Counted from the first letter of the stretch, positions 41,490-55,295 are shown. The stretch is 64,000 bases of DNA from Eledone cirrhosa (GCA_964016885.1 OZ024745.1:132680001-132744000), one strand, 5' to 3'. A program made the numbers and translations. The notes: a model not told the origin generated them from the letters alone.

Positions 41490-41900
41490 GCTAGTCCACA
41501 TCAGATACCTGAAAGACTGGTAATCAGATAGGAAGAAAATCAGGTTATAAATGTTAGGTTTGGCTATATGCACATATTGCTCCTAACGGGGAATACTCCT
41601 TTGCAAAGTCTGTCGACAAGGTCGACAACTGGCGTATATTAACCCGTTTTACAGAGCACTCAGTAGGATACTCCAAATGCTTCTTGAAATAATAGGTGAT
41701 ATATTACATAGATTACGATGGAAATCTCTACACCATGGTAGAGAAATGGCCGCCACCAGAATTAATCATAAATTTCACAATTTTTATACCAAACTCCTCC
41801 TGTGAAATCAACTGGAATTTAATCTTTCTTCGGACAATTCACTTTTGGTTTGAAGATCTAAGTTTAATTTCTAGTTTACGTGATTGTCTGTTCTCTTACA
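41490..41900 (+). mobile_element. Possible decayed CR1/Jockey-group LINE 3' fragment
   Basis: Translation DILHRLRWKSLHHGREMA resembles the L..L.W.SL..RR motif. Otherwise weak. Confidence 0.3.
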
Positions 41901-43280
41901 CCAATAACGTGATTATGAATACATGAATATCACAACTTCTTATAAGTATGGTATGTAAATAGAAATTCATGACATCTAGTCATATACTGACCGTACGTAG
42001 TTCTGAGAAGCATAGATGTTATTAGATCATGATGTTACAAACGCAGTTAATATTTATATTTCAAGTATTTATATGTGAACCACGTTTCTATCGATGTCAA
42101 TTTTGATCTTCACCAAGTCTTACATTTTTATGTATATAGTGACTGGGAGTTAAAGTGCCGGTAAGGCTTTTGTATCATAACTGCCGCACCCAGTCTCTGC
42201 TTATTGACTCTTCCTATTTAACTTTTCGAAAGAAGCACACACAAATAAGGGATTTATAACATAACCACATATAACGTAATCAAATATTCACATATAACAG
42301 AATCTACATGATGTGAATATTGCAAATAATATTTTCTGTGAATTTCCCGTTCAGACACTGGATGAAATGAGATGCCAATATGTTCAAATCCCACTCTAGC
42401 ACACTTAATGGATAGATGTAATGTGATGTCGAAATAATTGACTTTCTCCTCCCTTAATATTGCCAGGCTTGTACCTGATCTTTAAACCATTATTGTTCTT
42501 AACGTTTATTTGCAGAGATACCCTATAACATATGCTCAAATTACAAATATGTTTCGCTGAAGTAATTCATGTATTCTCTTTCTTATTCGCTTAAAAGACT
42601 TTTCTAGTAATCTTTATATATTTATGTCAGCACATTTGTAAATGTGATCCTTTTAATTGATTCATTTTCGGAATATATTTATATCTAGAAGGCAAGCATA
42701 TAATGCTCGAAGGAAAATTCCAATAGATTGAAGAAACGAGAGTAAAATAGAAAGGTGCGTGATAATATAAAAATATCAAGAGTAAGCTTGTTGATGGAAA
42801 CCCTGCAATGAGCTAGAACTAAAAATATATAATAGGAAATATATAGCCCTCGGAATATTGAGGGAAGGATGTGGGATAGTACAATTAGGAATATTTAAAT
42901 AGTCTAAGATTGTTAGAGTGCTGAGAAGGGGGCGAAGAGAAAAACGTATAATTCCTGTAGTTATATTTACACGAGAAACAAATTACATAATGCAATTTAA
43001 TTCACGAAGATAAAGTTACATGACGATATAACTTTAAGGAACCGCGATTAGATTCCTTCTACTATAGGATGGATAAATAGAAGTGGACTTGAAAAGAACA
43101 CAATACATAAGAAAACCTTGAATAGATGCCTTTGGCAAACAGGTTAACTGACTGTTTGGTTCGCAGGTTCGCTTATGACTTCAACATATACAATAAATTC
43201 GGACAATAATATTATATATATATACATATATAATATAAATACAAACATACAGATACAAACACACAGTACAAACACAAAAG

Positions 43281-43310
<30 letters not shown>

Positions 43311-43314
<4 letters not shown>

Positions 43315-43660
43315 AAAAAGATGGAATCGAAAATGCAACTGGAGTCTTATTTAAAAAAAATATATATATATTTATTTGGTTCCTTTCCGGTTTCGCAATT
43401 CTTCTGCTTTTCAAATGTAGAGTTGAGATGGAGGGTCTGTGGTTTTTCTCAGGAAAACCACAGACCCCCCATCTCAACTCTACTTTTGAAAAGCAGAAGA
43501 ACTGCGAAACCGGAAAGGAACCAAATAAATATATATATTTTTTTTAAAAATAAGACTCCAGTTGCATTTTCGATTTCATCTTTGTTTTCTTTATACTTTC
43601 ACTCGTGTAGGACACCACGGTTATTTTTCATTTTGTAAAAATACGCACTTTCTAATTAAT
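43311..43660 (+). mobile_element. Family D copy 2 with about 135-bp inverted 5' arm
   Basis: Axis GGTTTTTC-TCA-GGAAAACC at about 43450. The right arm continues to (TA)n at 43660. Confidence 0.85.
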
Positions 43661-44309
43661 ATATACATATATATATATAAAGCTTTTGTGTATGTGATGT
43701 GTGCTTGTATCTGTATGTTTGTATTTGTGCCTTATGTAAATATTCTTATTGTTATTATGATGAAAACATCTTCTTTATTGCGTTGCGGGTTGATATATAT
43801 GCCGGGGTGCGGTAGCCTTATTCGATATGCCCCTTAACTTACAGACAAAAATAATGCAAAACTTACTAAAACGTTGACTAGACATCGCCAAATGGTTACA
43901 ATACCATTAATCCATGCACTCTTACTAATACTGCACTATTTATTAATTTCAATTCTAGAATCGGCAACATTACTTATACAACAAACAATATAGACACGCC
44001 CCCCCCCCCCCCCCCCGTAGACAAATCACATTGTATAATCCAAGAGCCACTGACATTCTTAACTCTTCTTTATTATTCCAGCTACCCTTAAATGTAATTA
44101 AATATTAGTGGCATTGTAGGTGTGATACACATTCTCTCTCTGTTTTTTAATCTAAGCAGATTATATTCTGCAAATTATTAGTCATATGGTTTCCTATGAT
44201 ATTAATAGAATGCAAACTTAAGAGATCTTGGATTTTAGTCTTAATTCTCTCATCCTGGTATCATATAGCTACATGGACATTTTATGTTATATAACGTTCT
44301 CCTGTGATA

Positions 44310-44498
44310 TATACACATACACATACATAAATACATACATACACACTCACATACATACATATACACACATACAAACATACATACATACGTACCCAATCAC
44401 ATACATACATATACATATACATATATTTATACATATACGCATACACACTGACATACATACACATTCATACATACATACTCTCATATATACATACACAC

Positions 44499-44529
<31 letters not shown>

Positions 44530-44603
44530 CATACATACATACATACATACATACATACCTACATACATACATACATACATGCATACATACATACATACAT
44601 ACA
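44310..44603. repeat. (ATAC)n tetranucleotide microsatellite
   Basis: Seen directly; purest at 44500-44603. Confidence 0.95.
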
Positions 44604-44604
44604 T

Positions 44605-45498
44605 ATCATTAGAATAGCGACTGATCTGGAGGAGAGATATGGAATAAAGCCTGATATATATCTCTCACCCAGAGAAATCGGAAGATCCTATTCAATGTTC
44701 AAAGAAGATAAAAAAATTGACCAATTTACAGAAAAAGTTGTGCATGGATACTTGAGGCGTAAAACACAGACCAGAGAGGGGATAAACCACTCAAAAAGCC
44801 TGGCATGGAATTCCGACAAGTTTATGACATCACACCTTGAGGGATATCTCTATGCAATACAGGAACAAGAACTCCCTACCAAATATCTGCTGCACAAAAG
44901 AGGAGGGCCAGCAGCTGACAATAAATGTAGGCTATGTAAAACAAAGATCGAGGATGTAAGCCACATTGTTGCCAGCTGCGAAAGAATGTCATCTCTCTAC
45001 TACCTCCCCATGAGACACGATGGGATAGCTAGAACCACCTGGAACGCGCTTCGGAAAGCAAAATTAACAACAAACGAGGAAGAATATATTGAGACAGATG
45101 GCACTAAGGAATACTGGTGGAACCTGAAAATAAAAACTGCCACCAAATTAAAGCACAACCGGCCTGATATTGTAGTTTGGGACCACACATTGAAAACGTG
45201 TTCTGTTGTGGAGATCAGCTGCCCACTTGATGTAAACGTTGTCAGAAAAATACAGGAGAAGGAGGACATCTACGGACCATTGATGAGGAATTTACAAATC
45301 CAGTATCCAAAATACACCTTTAGCTTCATACCCATCATTATTGGTGCTACGGGTTATATACCAACCCGCTTGGACCAAAGTATGACTGAACTTGGATTTG
45401 CGGACAAAAAGCGCAGCTCCCTAATTCATAGTCTGCAGATGGCTGCGATAGCTGGCACCTTCAAAATTTGCAAAACATTCTTGCGATTCAAGGGATGA
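44605..45498 (+). CDS. C-terminal part of an R4/Dong-like non-LTR retrotransposon ORF (CCHC knuckle plus restriction-like endonuclease); 5'-truncated copy A, element ends at 45577
   Basis: Open frame from 44605 (IRIATDLEERYG..) through EGYLYAIQEQ, CRLC..HIVASC, RHD, KHNRPDIVVWD, VVEISCP..K. Confidence 0.9.
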   Translation: MIRIATDLEERYGIKPDIYLSPREIGRSYSMFKEDKKIDQFTEKVVHGYLRRKTQTREGINHSKSLAWNSDKFMTSHLEGYLYAIQEQELPTKYLLHKRGGPAADNKCRLCKTKIEDVSHIVASCERMSSLYYLPMRHDGIARTTWNALRKAKLTTNEEEYIETDGTKEYWWNLKIKTATKLKHNRPDIVVWDHTLKTCSVVEISCPLDVNVVRKIQEKEDIYGPLMRNLQIQYPKYTFSFIPIIIGATGYIPTRLDQSMTELGFADKKRSSLIHSLQMAAIAGTFKICKTFLRFKG

Positions 45499-45612
45499 CA
45501 ATTTCTTTTCTTTTACAACCTTGCCACCAGGAAGGTGGCCGGTCAAAAAAATATACTCGAAATTAAGAGAAAGAGAATACATACATACATATGTATGTGT
45601 ATATACATATAT

Positions 45613-48600
45613 AGACAGTCAACGCGATCAGTCGCATATTTTGGCGTGGGAGACTATTTATTAAATTTAAGATGAATACTATCTCCGACAGTAATGCCAC
45701 AACTACAGTCAGGTTGAATAACTGGCTATTCTTCTAACTATATCTTCTGAAGACATCTTTCATTCGAATTCGTAGAGATATCCGACTAAATACATAATTC
45801 ATTTTACAAGGAACTGATACAAACAGCATGGCTGAACACAACATGAACAAACAAATTAAGGAAGTATCGAAGACAAATAACAAGGAAGGTATTCAAACTT
45901 TATTCAGTTGTAGCTACAGAAGAAACCGAAATTATAAATCGCATTTCTCTTGGAGTTGCGAACTTAAGATTTATTTAATTGTTATAAAATGGCAAAAAAC
46001 AAATCCCTCCATTGGCTATATGAATAGAATGAAGTTACACCGGGAGGAAATTAACCCAGAGCTAAATTATGTCACAGAGAAACAATTACGCCAACAAGCG
46101 ACGTTTGTTGAACGTAAAAATAAGATAAATATTATTAATTGTAAGTCCCCAAAAACAAACATGTTATCAACAACACGTGCTACAGGTCGACATGCTACTA
46201 GACTTCCTAGCAGCCAGGTCGAACAGCGTCTTGAAACAACTATGCCTGTAAGAAACTTGACATCACCTGTACCATCTAAGTCTACCTCGAATGCTGGGGA
46301 AAACACTATCGATAATAATAACAATCAAAGAAATAATAATAATAATCGAAGAAATTTGACACCACGTGTACCATCCGAGTCTACCTCGACTGTTGTGGAA
46401 AATACTATCGCTAATGAGAATAAAAAGTATAAACATTTGAAAATTTCCCTCAACGAAATCTTCCAGTGAGAAATTAACTCATGTATAAATATCTCTCTTG
46501 CTGAACGTGTTAAAACGACAATGTTTAATGGAAAAACAAATAATGAAATATTACGTGTTATTGAGGAAATAGGGAATGAATAGTTTTACGGATAAAGACC
46601 CCAACATTTTGGCAAATCAACGCCTGTTTATATGCCCTAGCAACGACAGTGAAGCATTATCTTGGTGATAGCAGAGATATTAACAAGAACAGAACACCAC
46701 CAAAAATACCATTATATATAACTAAAATGACCTACGAAAAAACATAGGATATGTGACAATGCTCCTTACATGCAAACAAACACAAAAAACCTCACTCCTC
46801 ACCAACAAAGAGTGAAAAATAAAATAGAGACGATGTTTGGTAACAGTAGAACCAGAAATCTCCAATATAAGCTGATCAACCTCAAATAAGAATTGAGAGC
46901 TGTTATCGAAAGACGCCGATACCTGAAGAAGGTAGATGAGAGAAAAGTGCTTAATAAAAGATTCAGACGAAACGAAACATCAGTCTATAGAGATATGAAG
47001 GGCAAAATGTCACTGAGGCCCCATCCCAGAAAGACATAGATTCCTTTTGGAGCAAAATATGTGGTGAAAAGAAGAATTTCAACCAAGATGCAGTGTGGCT
47101 AAGAGAAATGCAAAATAACTATTGCTCCTACACTACAATAAAAAACACACGTTATAAGTAAGGGTACTCTTGAGACTGTGATAGTACAACTCCAAGATAA
47201 GAAAACACCAGGAAGAGACATGATTGTCGGCTACTGGTACAAAAAACTGATATTCTATCGGAGGTATCTTACTGACATCTACCAACAAGTTCTTAAGGGA
47301 GATACACTTATACCAGAATGGTTGACATTAGCACAAACATTACTGGTCTCCAAGAACAAAGACACCCACTTGGCAAAAACTACCGACCCATTGCATGCCA
47401 GAACCTGATGTATAAGATGTATACAGCCTGCCTGAACCTATTCCTCCAAGATCCCTGTGAAAATAATAACATCATCACAGATGAACATGCAGCTGGAAAG
47501 AAAGGGGTTTGGGGATGTGCTGAACAACTCCTAATCAACAAAACTGCGATGTCGGAGGTACGACAACTTAGGAGGAATATGACTACAGTCTGGCTGGACT
47601 ACAGGAAAGCTTTCGATTCTGTTCCCCACTCTTGGATGATAGAGGCCCTCCAACTTGCTAAAGTCGCAGACATTATTGTCACAGCCATAGAGAGGCTGTC
47701 TTCGTCTTGGGCTACTATCCTAAGGTTAAAGACAGTGAGGGAGGACTCTATTTTCACTGATAAAATAAAATAAAATAAAATATTGCAGGGGTATATTTCA
47801 GGGGGACAGTCTCTCTGTGATAATGTTCATCTTATCATTACACCCCTTGTCCTTTCTGCTCAAGAAATGTGAGGGATACATCATTGGCTCACAGGAGGAC
47901 AGAAATATGAACCTAACCCATAATTTCTTTGTGGACGATCTGAAGCTCTATGCCACGAACATGGATGGGATGAAGAAAAATCTTGACCTGGTTACAACGT
48001 TCTTAAAGGATATAGGAATGGAGTTTGGCCAAGATAAATGCTCATACATGACTGTAAAGCGGGGAAAAACAACAACCCAATCTAGCAACATTGTCATCAA
48101 TGGCCTAACTGTTTCACCGATATCTGAAGAGGATTGCTACAGATACCTGGGGATAGATGAGAACATATCCTATAATGGTATCTGTAATAAAGAACGCGTA
48201 ACCAGGGAATACTACACCCGATTAAGAAAGATCTGGTCATCGGAACTCTCTGCGCATAACAAAACAGTGGCTCACAATGTGTTTGTTGTGCCTGTCCTAA
48301 CACCAACGTTTGGAATACTCAATTGGACGATAGACGAAATCCGAGCAGTTGATGTTGGAACTCGAAAATTACTGAACAACAGCGGAAACTTCCACATCAA
48401 CAGTGACATAGACCGCCTTTACTTGAAACGTAAGCAGGGAGGCAGAGGCCTAACATCAGTCCAGACAACATTTAAAAGTCGCATCATATCTCTCCGACAA
48501 AATCTACGAACCTCGAAGTGTAGGAGCCCGTTTCTCGAGCAAGTCTATCTGCATGAAACAGATAAGATCATGAGAGTTGGGAAGGAACTCCTCGAGAGAT

Positions 48601-49713
48601 ATTCCCTGTGTGATTTTCAAAAACTCACACCCAGGGATGTCGCCCAGCAGTATCGCAGTGAATGCATGGATAAAAAACTGCATGCCTATCAGCAAAAAAT
48701 CATGCATGGATATGTTGCCAGGAAGCTCCAGAGTGAGAGTAATATAGTTAAGGAAAGTAGTCTATCTTGGACCAATAACCGCTATATTGGCTTCCACTTT
48801 GAAGGATACGCTTTTGCAATCCAGGAACAGGAGATTAACACGAAATACCTGATTCACAAAAGAGATATTGATGCAGGCAAAACACCTACATGTAATAACA
48901 AGGCCAGACTCTGCACAACTAACTTCAAGGATATCACCCATGTCATCAGCAGCTGTCCAAAGATGTTCTCGCGGTGCTATCTACCTATGAGGCATGATGT
49001 AGTGGCCAAAACACTGTACAATGCAGTTCGTAAAAAAGATAGCCCCGATAATAAACACATCAAGAGCTACAGCAATGTGGAAGACATCCATGTACATAAT
49101 ATGAAAGAGTACTGATGGAATCTTCCAGTAAAAACCCTAATAAAATGCAGGCATAACAGACCAGATATTATGCTATGGGACAGGGAGAAGAAAGCATGCA
49201 CAGTAGTGGAAATTAGCTGCCCAGCAGATGCCAATATAATATCAAAGCTTAGTGAAAACGAGAATAATTATGCAGAACTGATGAGAAATCTGCAGATACT
49301 CCACCCTGATTACACCTTCAGATTTATGCCTGTGATTACTGGGAAACTGGGTATGTTAGTAACTGCCTCAATACAAATCTTGAGAAGCTAGGCTTCACAG
49401 GAACAGAGAACAGAAAGAACACAACTAGTTAGGAAATTACAAGTACAATCCATTAATGGAACAGTAGAAATATGTAAAACATTCCAAAAATGTTGCATCT
49501 AATAACTGCATATAGACATGTACAGATGCAACATGTACATGCACACATACAACTCAAAACATCCACATCCACACATACAATAACATCCATATTTACACAT
49601 GCATGCATATCTACCTAGTTTGTGTAAATTCCAATGAGGGAGTCTTGTGTCTATGATAGAAACCGACTCTCTCTCTATTGGTAAAACTTTGTGAAATTAT
49701 AAAACCAGAAGAA
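45613..49713 (+). mobile_element. Near full-length, disrupted R4/Dong-like RLE retrotransposon (copy B)
   Basis: RT motifs NYRPIAC, WLDYRKAFDSVPH, GVFQGDSLS, FFVDDLKLY, YRYLGI, GGRGL. Then EGYAFAIQEQ, HVISSC, RHD, RHNRPD, VVEISCP. Several stops and frameshifts; last stop at 49500-49502. Confidence 0.93.
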
Positions 49714-49751
49714 CATACGTACACACTTACATGCATACATACATACATACA

Positions 49752-49800
49752 TGATGGCTGCCCCCTCGTTATCGAGTATGGCCATTGCACGAGAGAAAAA
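49752..49800 (-). mobile_element. Tiny RTE-like 3' end with (ATGT)n tail
   Basis: ATGGCCATACTCGATAACGAGGGGGCAGCCATC resembles the 3' ends at 30616-30648 and 63003-63035. Confidence 0.6.
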
Positions 49801-49942
49801 AAAAAATAATAATAATAATAAAAAAAAAAGAAATATATATATATATATATATACATACATACATATATACATACACACATACATACACATACACACACAT
49901 ACACACACACACATACATTAATAACATACATACATACATACA

Positions 49943-49971
<29 letters not shown>

Positions 49972-49973
<2 letters not shown>

Positions 49974-50319
49974 CTTGAGAAACTAGGCTTCACAGGAACA
50001 GAAAGAACAACTAGTTAGGACATTACAAGTACAATCCATTAATGGAACAGTAAAAATATGTAAAACATTCCAAAGATTTTGCATCTAATAACTGCATATA
50101 CACATGTACAGATACAAAGCCTATACACATGCACACATACAACTAAAAACATACACATCCACACACAATAACATCCATATCTACACATGCATGCATGCAG
50201 ACATACATACATATCTACCTAGTTGATGTGTAAATTCCAATGAGAGAGTCTTGTGTCTATGTTAGAAACCGACTCTCTCTCTATTGGTAAAACTTTGTAA
50301 AATTATAAAACCAGAAGAA
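49972..50319 (+). mobile_element. 3' fragment of the copy B family (copy C), flanked by (ATAC)n
   Basis: Aligns to 49377-49713 with an identical 3' end CCAGAAGAA followed by CATAC. Confidence 0.9.
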
Positions 50320-50879
50320 CATACATACATACATACACACATACATATATATAACAGATAGAAAGTGATACGAGGAAATAAAGAGGATTGAGAATGAATG
50401 TAATCTAATGAATCCAGACTAGATTAAAACATCCCTTTTATTAAAAAATCTTTCTGTATTTATTTTGAGTGTTTATAAGATTTGACTCAAAACTATCTTG
50501 AGATCACACAAATTGATTTCAGTTGCTTCTTTGAGTTTTTTCCCTATTCTGTATCGATCTATATGAAGGATTTAGTATTTGGATAATTGTTGATTTTGTA
50601 GTGCAATTCCTCATTCTATTCTGTTCACATTACTAAAGCAGGATAAGTTTAATATCAGGATTTACATTTAGTGGTAAGGCGAAAAACCAGAATGATAGTA
50701 ATAGCGCTAGTTTAGAGAGAAGGTTTTAGAAATCGATGTGAATATAGTAGGATACAGTTTAAATGTAAGGAACTATTTCCATAAGATTCATCCAAATAAC
50801 ATCAATGTCCTTCATTTTAGGTTGTGTAATGAGATGTCATACCCCACATGTTATCATGAATGCTTCCCCGGCAATTCCC

Positions 50880-51070
50880 TTCTTCTTCTTCTTCTTGAGA
50901 GGGTCGTAGGGGCAGAGTCCTCCAGCATTATTTCCAGCGAGTCCTGTCAGAAGCAACCGTCTCCAACTGATCCGACTGGATACCCAAGTGAGTGATTCTC
51001 TGATCTCCGAAATCCGCATTTTATCGAGTAACGTTACTCTAAAGACCCTTTGGAGGAATCCCATTTCGGC
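50880..51070 (-). mobile_element. RTE-clade 3' fragment with internal deletion and (AGA)n tail
   Basis: EMGFLQRVFRVTLLDKMRISEIRESL..WRRLL; (TCT)n at 50880-50896. Confidence 0.75.
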
Positions 51071-54000
51071 GCATATTCAAATACCATTACAGTTCGCACC
51101 GTTGAGGACCTCTTTAAAAGCGACGACCTTAGAAAAAAAATCATTGAGTCCCTGAATGAGTGAGGAGTTTGTTCTTTATTCAACCTATCTTTGAATGACG
51201 ACTATCTGGTTGAGAATACCGGAAGTTCTAACAGGCATATTCATCTAACCTGCGTTGTCTTTGGATATCCAAACACACACCTCGGAATTAAACGCCGCAA
51301 AGTAAATCATTCCTCTGAGACAAACCAGGAAATTCGGCTTCCGGTGAAGTCAGATCAAATAGAAAATCTCCCGGACCAAATACATCTGTCCAGTGGAGTA
51401 GGCCAAAAGAAGACAACGTCATCTGTTTAGATCTACAAACTACTTGAGTACTTTCTGCCCACAGCGGGAAACGAGAGAAGACCGCTATACTATCTCGTCG
51501 GCCTCAACAAAACCAACAATGACGGCAGCAGTATGCCACACACACGGCAGCAGAAACAACTGCCAGAGGCTGTAAACCTAGCAAGAACAGCAACACCAAC
51601 AGCAGAAGCAGAAACTCTCTCATCACCAGCAACTTCAACACCATCGACCATAGAAGACAAGCACGTCCCCGACACATCGCAGATGGATACGGGTTGTGAC
51701 GAGGATAAGGAGGGGAAAGGTGTCTGCCACAAGAACAAAACTAAAAAACAATCTCTTTGTCTTCGCCCTTAAAAAGAGTCCAAAGTGGAAGATAAAAGGT
51801 AAAGCTTCGAGGTAACAAATGCTAACACCCACACAACCCCACCATCACCATTACTACCAAAGACTATCCTTTAACGATACTTTCAGGAATTATTTGTGGT
51901 TCTTCTATATAGAAATTATAAATGAAAGTTAAAATTTCATAGTAATTTCTTGACAAATTCTTCCAAAAGTTGGAGCATTTATCCTTTTTGTGATATTTCC
52001 ATTTCCTGGATTTGACATCATCTAACCCACACACACACATCTATTCTATCAAATCATATTTTACTTCAACATTCTTTAATATCATGTTCTGTAGAAGCAT
52101 ATTTTCATTTCGACCGAGCATTTTTGTATATTTCTCTAGAATTTTGGAGCTTTCTTTAGAGCATGCTGATGTCTATATAAAACCTAGATATATATTCAAA
52201 GCATTGCATGCGTGTGGATTTAGCTAGTACATTTTGTTTTATCTTGCCTATACTTTACCCAATGCGGCTGTTTGATTCGAATTCCTTTCTCTTTTTTGAT
52301 ATTTTTGGTTTTGAATGCTTTATGTTGTGATTTTTGCCATTATTTGTTCGTATTTATGATACAGAACGAAGAAAATTGATTTGTTCCGTGATATTTTCTT
52401 GTCATGTTAGCGTTTTTCGGAGGTTTCTTACTTTGTTTCTGAGTTTTATGCCACACATTTTGCTGCATGCAGTAGCAACAGCAGCATATATTACTACATT
52501 TCAGTTTATGATGTTTTTCACATCCATATTGATCTGAAATATTTTATCACTTTTGTTACAGTCACTTATATCCATATTTTCAACTTTGATCCATTCAACT
52601 ATTATTTTCTCATATAGTTCTGTCAGGATATTTATTTTGATATTATCTGTCATAGATCCACTTACATTGTCAATGATTTCATCACAATCATCCTCTGCAT
52701 GCTATCCAGGGAGTAAATTAGTCTTTAGTTTTCTTTTGTGCGTTATATTAACTGTTTATTTCCAGAAATTTCTTTTGCTTTGACTCTTAAAATTTAATTC
52801 ATATTTGTTGCATTATATCTTGTGTTGGCTGGGATATTGTTCATCTTTAACCTCGTGTTTTCTGTATATTGCAATACCAGCCAGGAATTTATCTGATGTT
52901 CTGTTTTGTTTAGAAATACGTTTCATTCCAGATACTGTTTGTTTGTTCACAATTTGAAACTTCTTATGGAAAATACTTGACACTGTAGTAGGCCCCAACA
53001 ATATCTGTGTTGCCTTCATTGGATTATGTCTGCTAATTACAGTTAAAAATCTGATCCAATGCCTTCAAAATGTTCCATTTTATTTCACTCATTAAACAAA
53101 TAGAGATGGTGCATACCAAGGGGAGTGTATCTATGTGCTCATCACATAAATAGAAGCTAAATCTTTCTTTAATTGAATTAAATGCTGGATATATTAATCG
53201 TTGGAGCTTATACAGGATTGCCAGGACGACGTCAGTGAGAGTATTTACAAAAGCAATAGCAGCGATATCTTTATAAACGATGACATCAATAACATTATCA
53301 GCGTCGCTTCAGCAAAAACAAGTGTATATGCTGTTACACCACCAACACGAGGTTGTCAGCACAGGAACAAAGAAATGAATGACGTGACCCTAGAAAAATT
53401 TCCACAAATATGTAAGAGAGAACTGCAAGAAATGATGGCATCATTTCCCTCGAATTGCATCCTACAAACTTATATGATTATATGAGTATGAAGAAACAAG
53501 TGACATAGCCACTAAGTGGTCACTACACCTGTTAGTAGCAACAGATCATTTGCAAGTACACATATATATATATATATATATCATGTCACGTGTGTAAATA
53601 TGTCTATATATATATATATACACACACACCCTCTCTGGATTACCTATAACGATAACCTGTTACCCCGTATATATATATACACATATATATATGTATATAT
53701 ATATATGTATATATATGTGTCCGTCTGTATGTATGTATGTATGTATGTGTGAGTGAGTGTGTGTGAGTATGATTCAGAATAAAGACACACTGACTCAAAC
53801 CTACATAAGTCCATTATATCAAATCCCATATTTGCCTAGCCTTTCATTGAATGCCAACAGCCTAATACGGTTATGAGTAAAACACAACGGTGTACCCCAA
53901 TGTACCACAATATCTATATACTACTAAAAGTCTGTGATTGTGCATTTGTCTGTAAGGCAATACAGCCAGAACCGCGCATAATTGGAAGATACTTTGAAAG

Positions 54001-55179
54001 GTAGTGGCCGCTGAAATGGGAATCCAAATGGAATAAAACAAGTTTCACGTAAATCAGAGCACGGGTTTCCAAGGCACAGAGTTTTACCGGGTACCTTCAT
54101 AAATAGAGAGAGAGAGAGAGAAAAAAATAGTCGTTGTGAAAGAGTAGATTGAAAGATCCCCCACCCATATATATATATATATATATATACACATACACTC
54201 ACGCACACTGACGCACACACACAAATATATATATATATGGGCCTTCCAATTTCATTTTACATCATATACATAGCTGTGTATATTTTACTTTTTGAAAAAT
54301 TATTTTAAAGTGAGCGTGAACCCACGAGTATATTCTCCGCTGAACAAGTTATTTTCTACAGAAGTCCAAAGAGAGAATTTAATTGGGCCAAACAAAAACA
54401 GAAAAAACTAATATATAATATAATATAATATAATATAATATAATAACTAAGGCCTTCATAACTTACAGTGGAATACAACTGATACCCTTTTCGAAGTAAA
54501 TAATTATTTTCTTTGAGTCAATTTACATGTAATGGCTGAATTTATTCACCACCAAATACGAACGTTTCTAAAGTCACTATATAGAATAGGTGGAATATCA
54601 TTGAGAAATCCAGACAATGAGTTCATAAATCAGTTACCTTATATAATGATGGGAAATATTTAGGAAAGAATAAAGACAAAATTAAGTAATGAGAAAAGGG
54701 GGAAGGGGTAAATAAGGACAGATCTGGCTGTTTGAAAGTAAAGGAAAGGACTATAAATGCCATGCATGAGAGGAAAAGGAGGAAAGGGCAAGGACTAATG
54801 AAGAAAGGGGGCAAGGGCAGAGGGTTACAGATTCTACACCTAGGTTGCGACTTACTGACATACACTATAGATTCTGCTTCATTCTAACTCATACAGATTT
54901 TGCACTAAATTTATATAACAGTGAAGTTAGAGACTATATCACACGCATTCAAAATCTGTAATCGATCAGTTATATCTCTGATGGTACAAGGAAGCTTACT
55001 TATAGAAAATATTGTAGAGTGTTATGTCTGTGGGTTCATAAGCAATTCCGAAATGGCCTCTAAGATCAATAGCAATTCAGGCATACATGAACATGTACAT
55101 ATACACACATTCATATATTCACATACTCACATACACATATACATAGTCACACACACACATTAACATACACATACATCAC

Positions 55180-55295
55180 ATATTCACATATTCACCCACA
55201 TATTCACTCATATATTCACTCACATATTCACATATTCACTCACATATTCACTCACATATTCACTCACATATTCACATATTCACTGACACATTCAC
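55180..55295. repeat. Degenerate (CACATATT/CACT)n repeat
   Basis: Seen directly. Confidence 0.85.

Noticed and set aside
45613-45830. 5' ribozyme of the R4-like element
   Set aside because: Local hairpins and a CTGAAGA are present, but no complete HDV-like or hammerhead topology could be built.
51075-51830. Possible LINE ORF1/gag-like remnant
   Set aside because: Composition looks coding, but the frames are broken and there is no intact CCHC knuckle; family not assignable.
53201-53485. Host exon candidates (also 10660-10870 and 37450-37640)
   Set aside because: Short frames with no recognisable domain and no consistent splice-site chain. Small exons cannot be excluded without RNA data.
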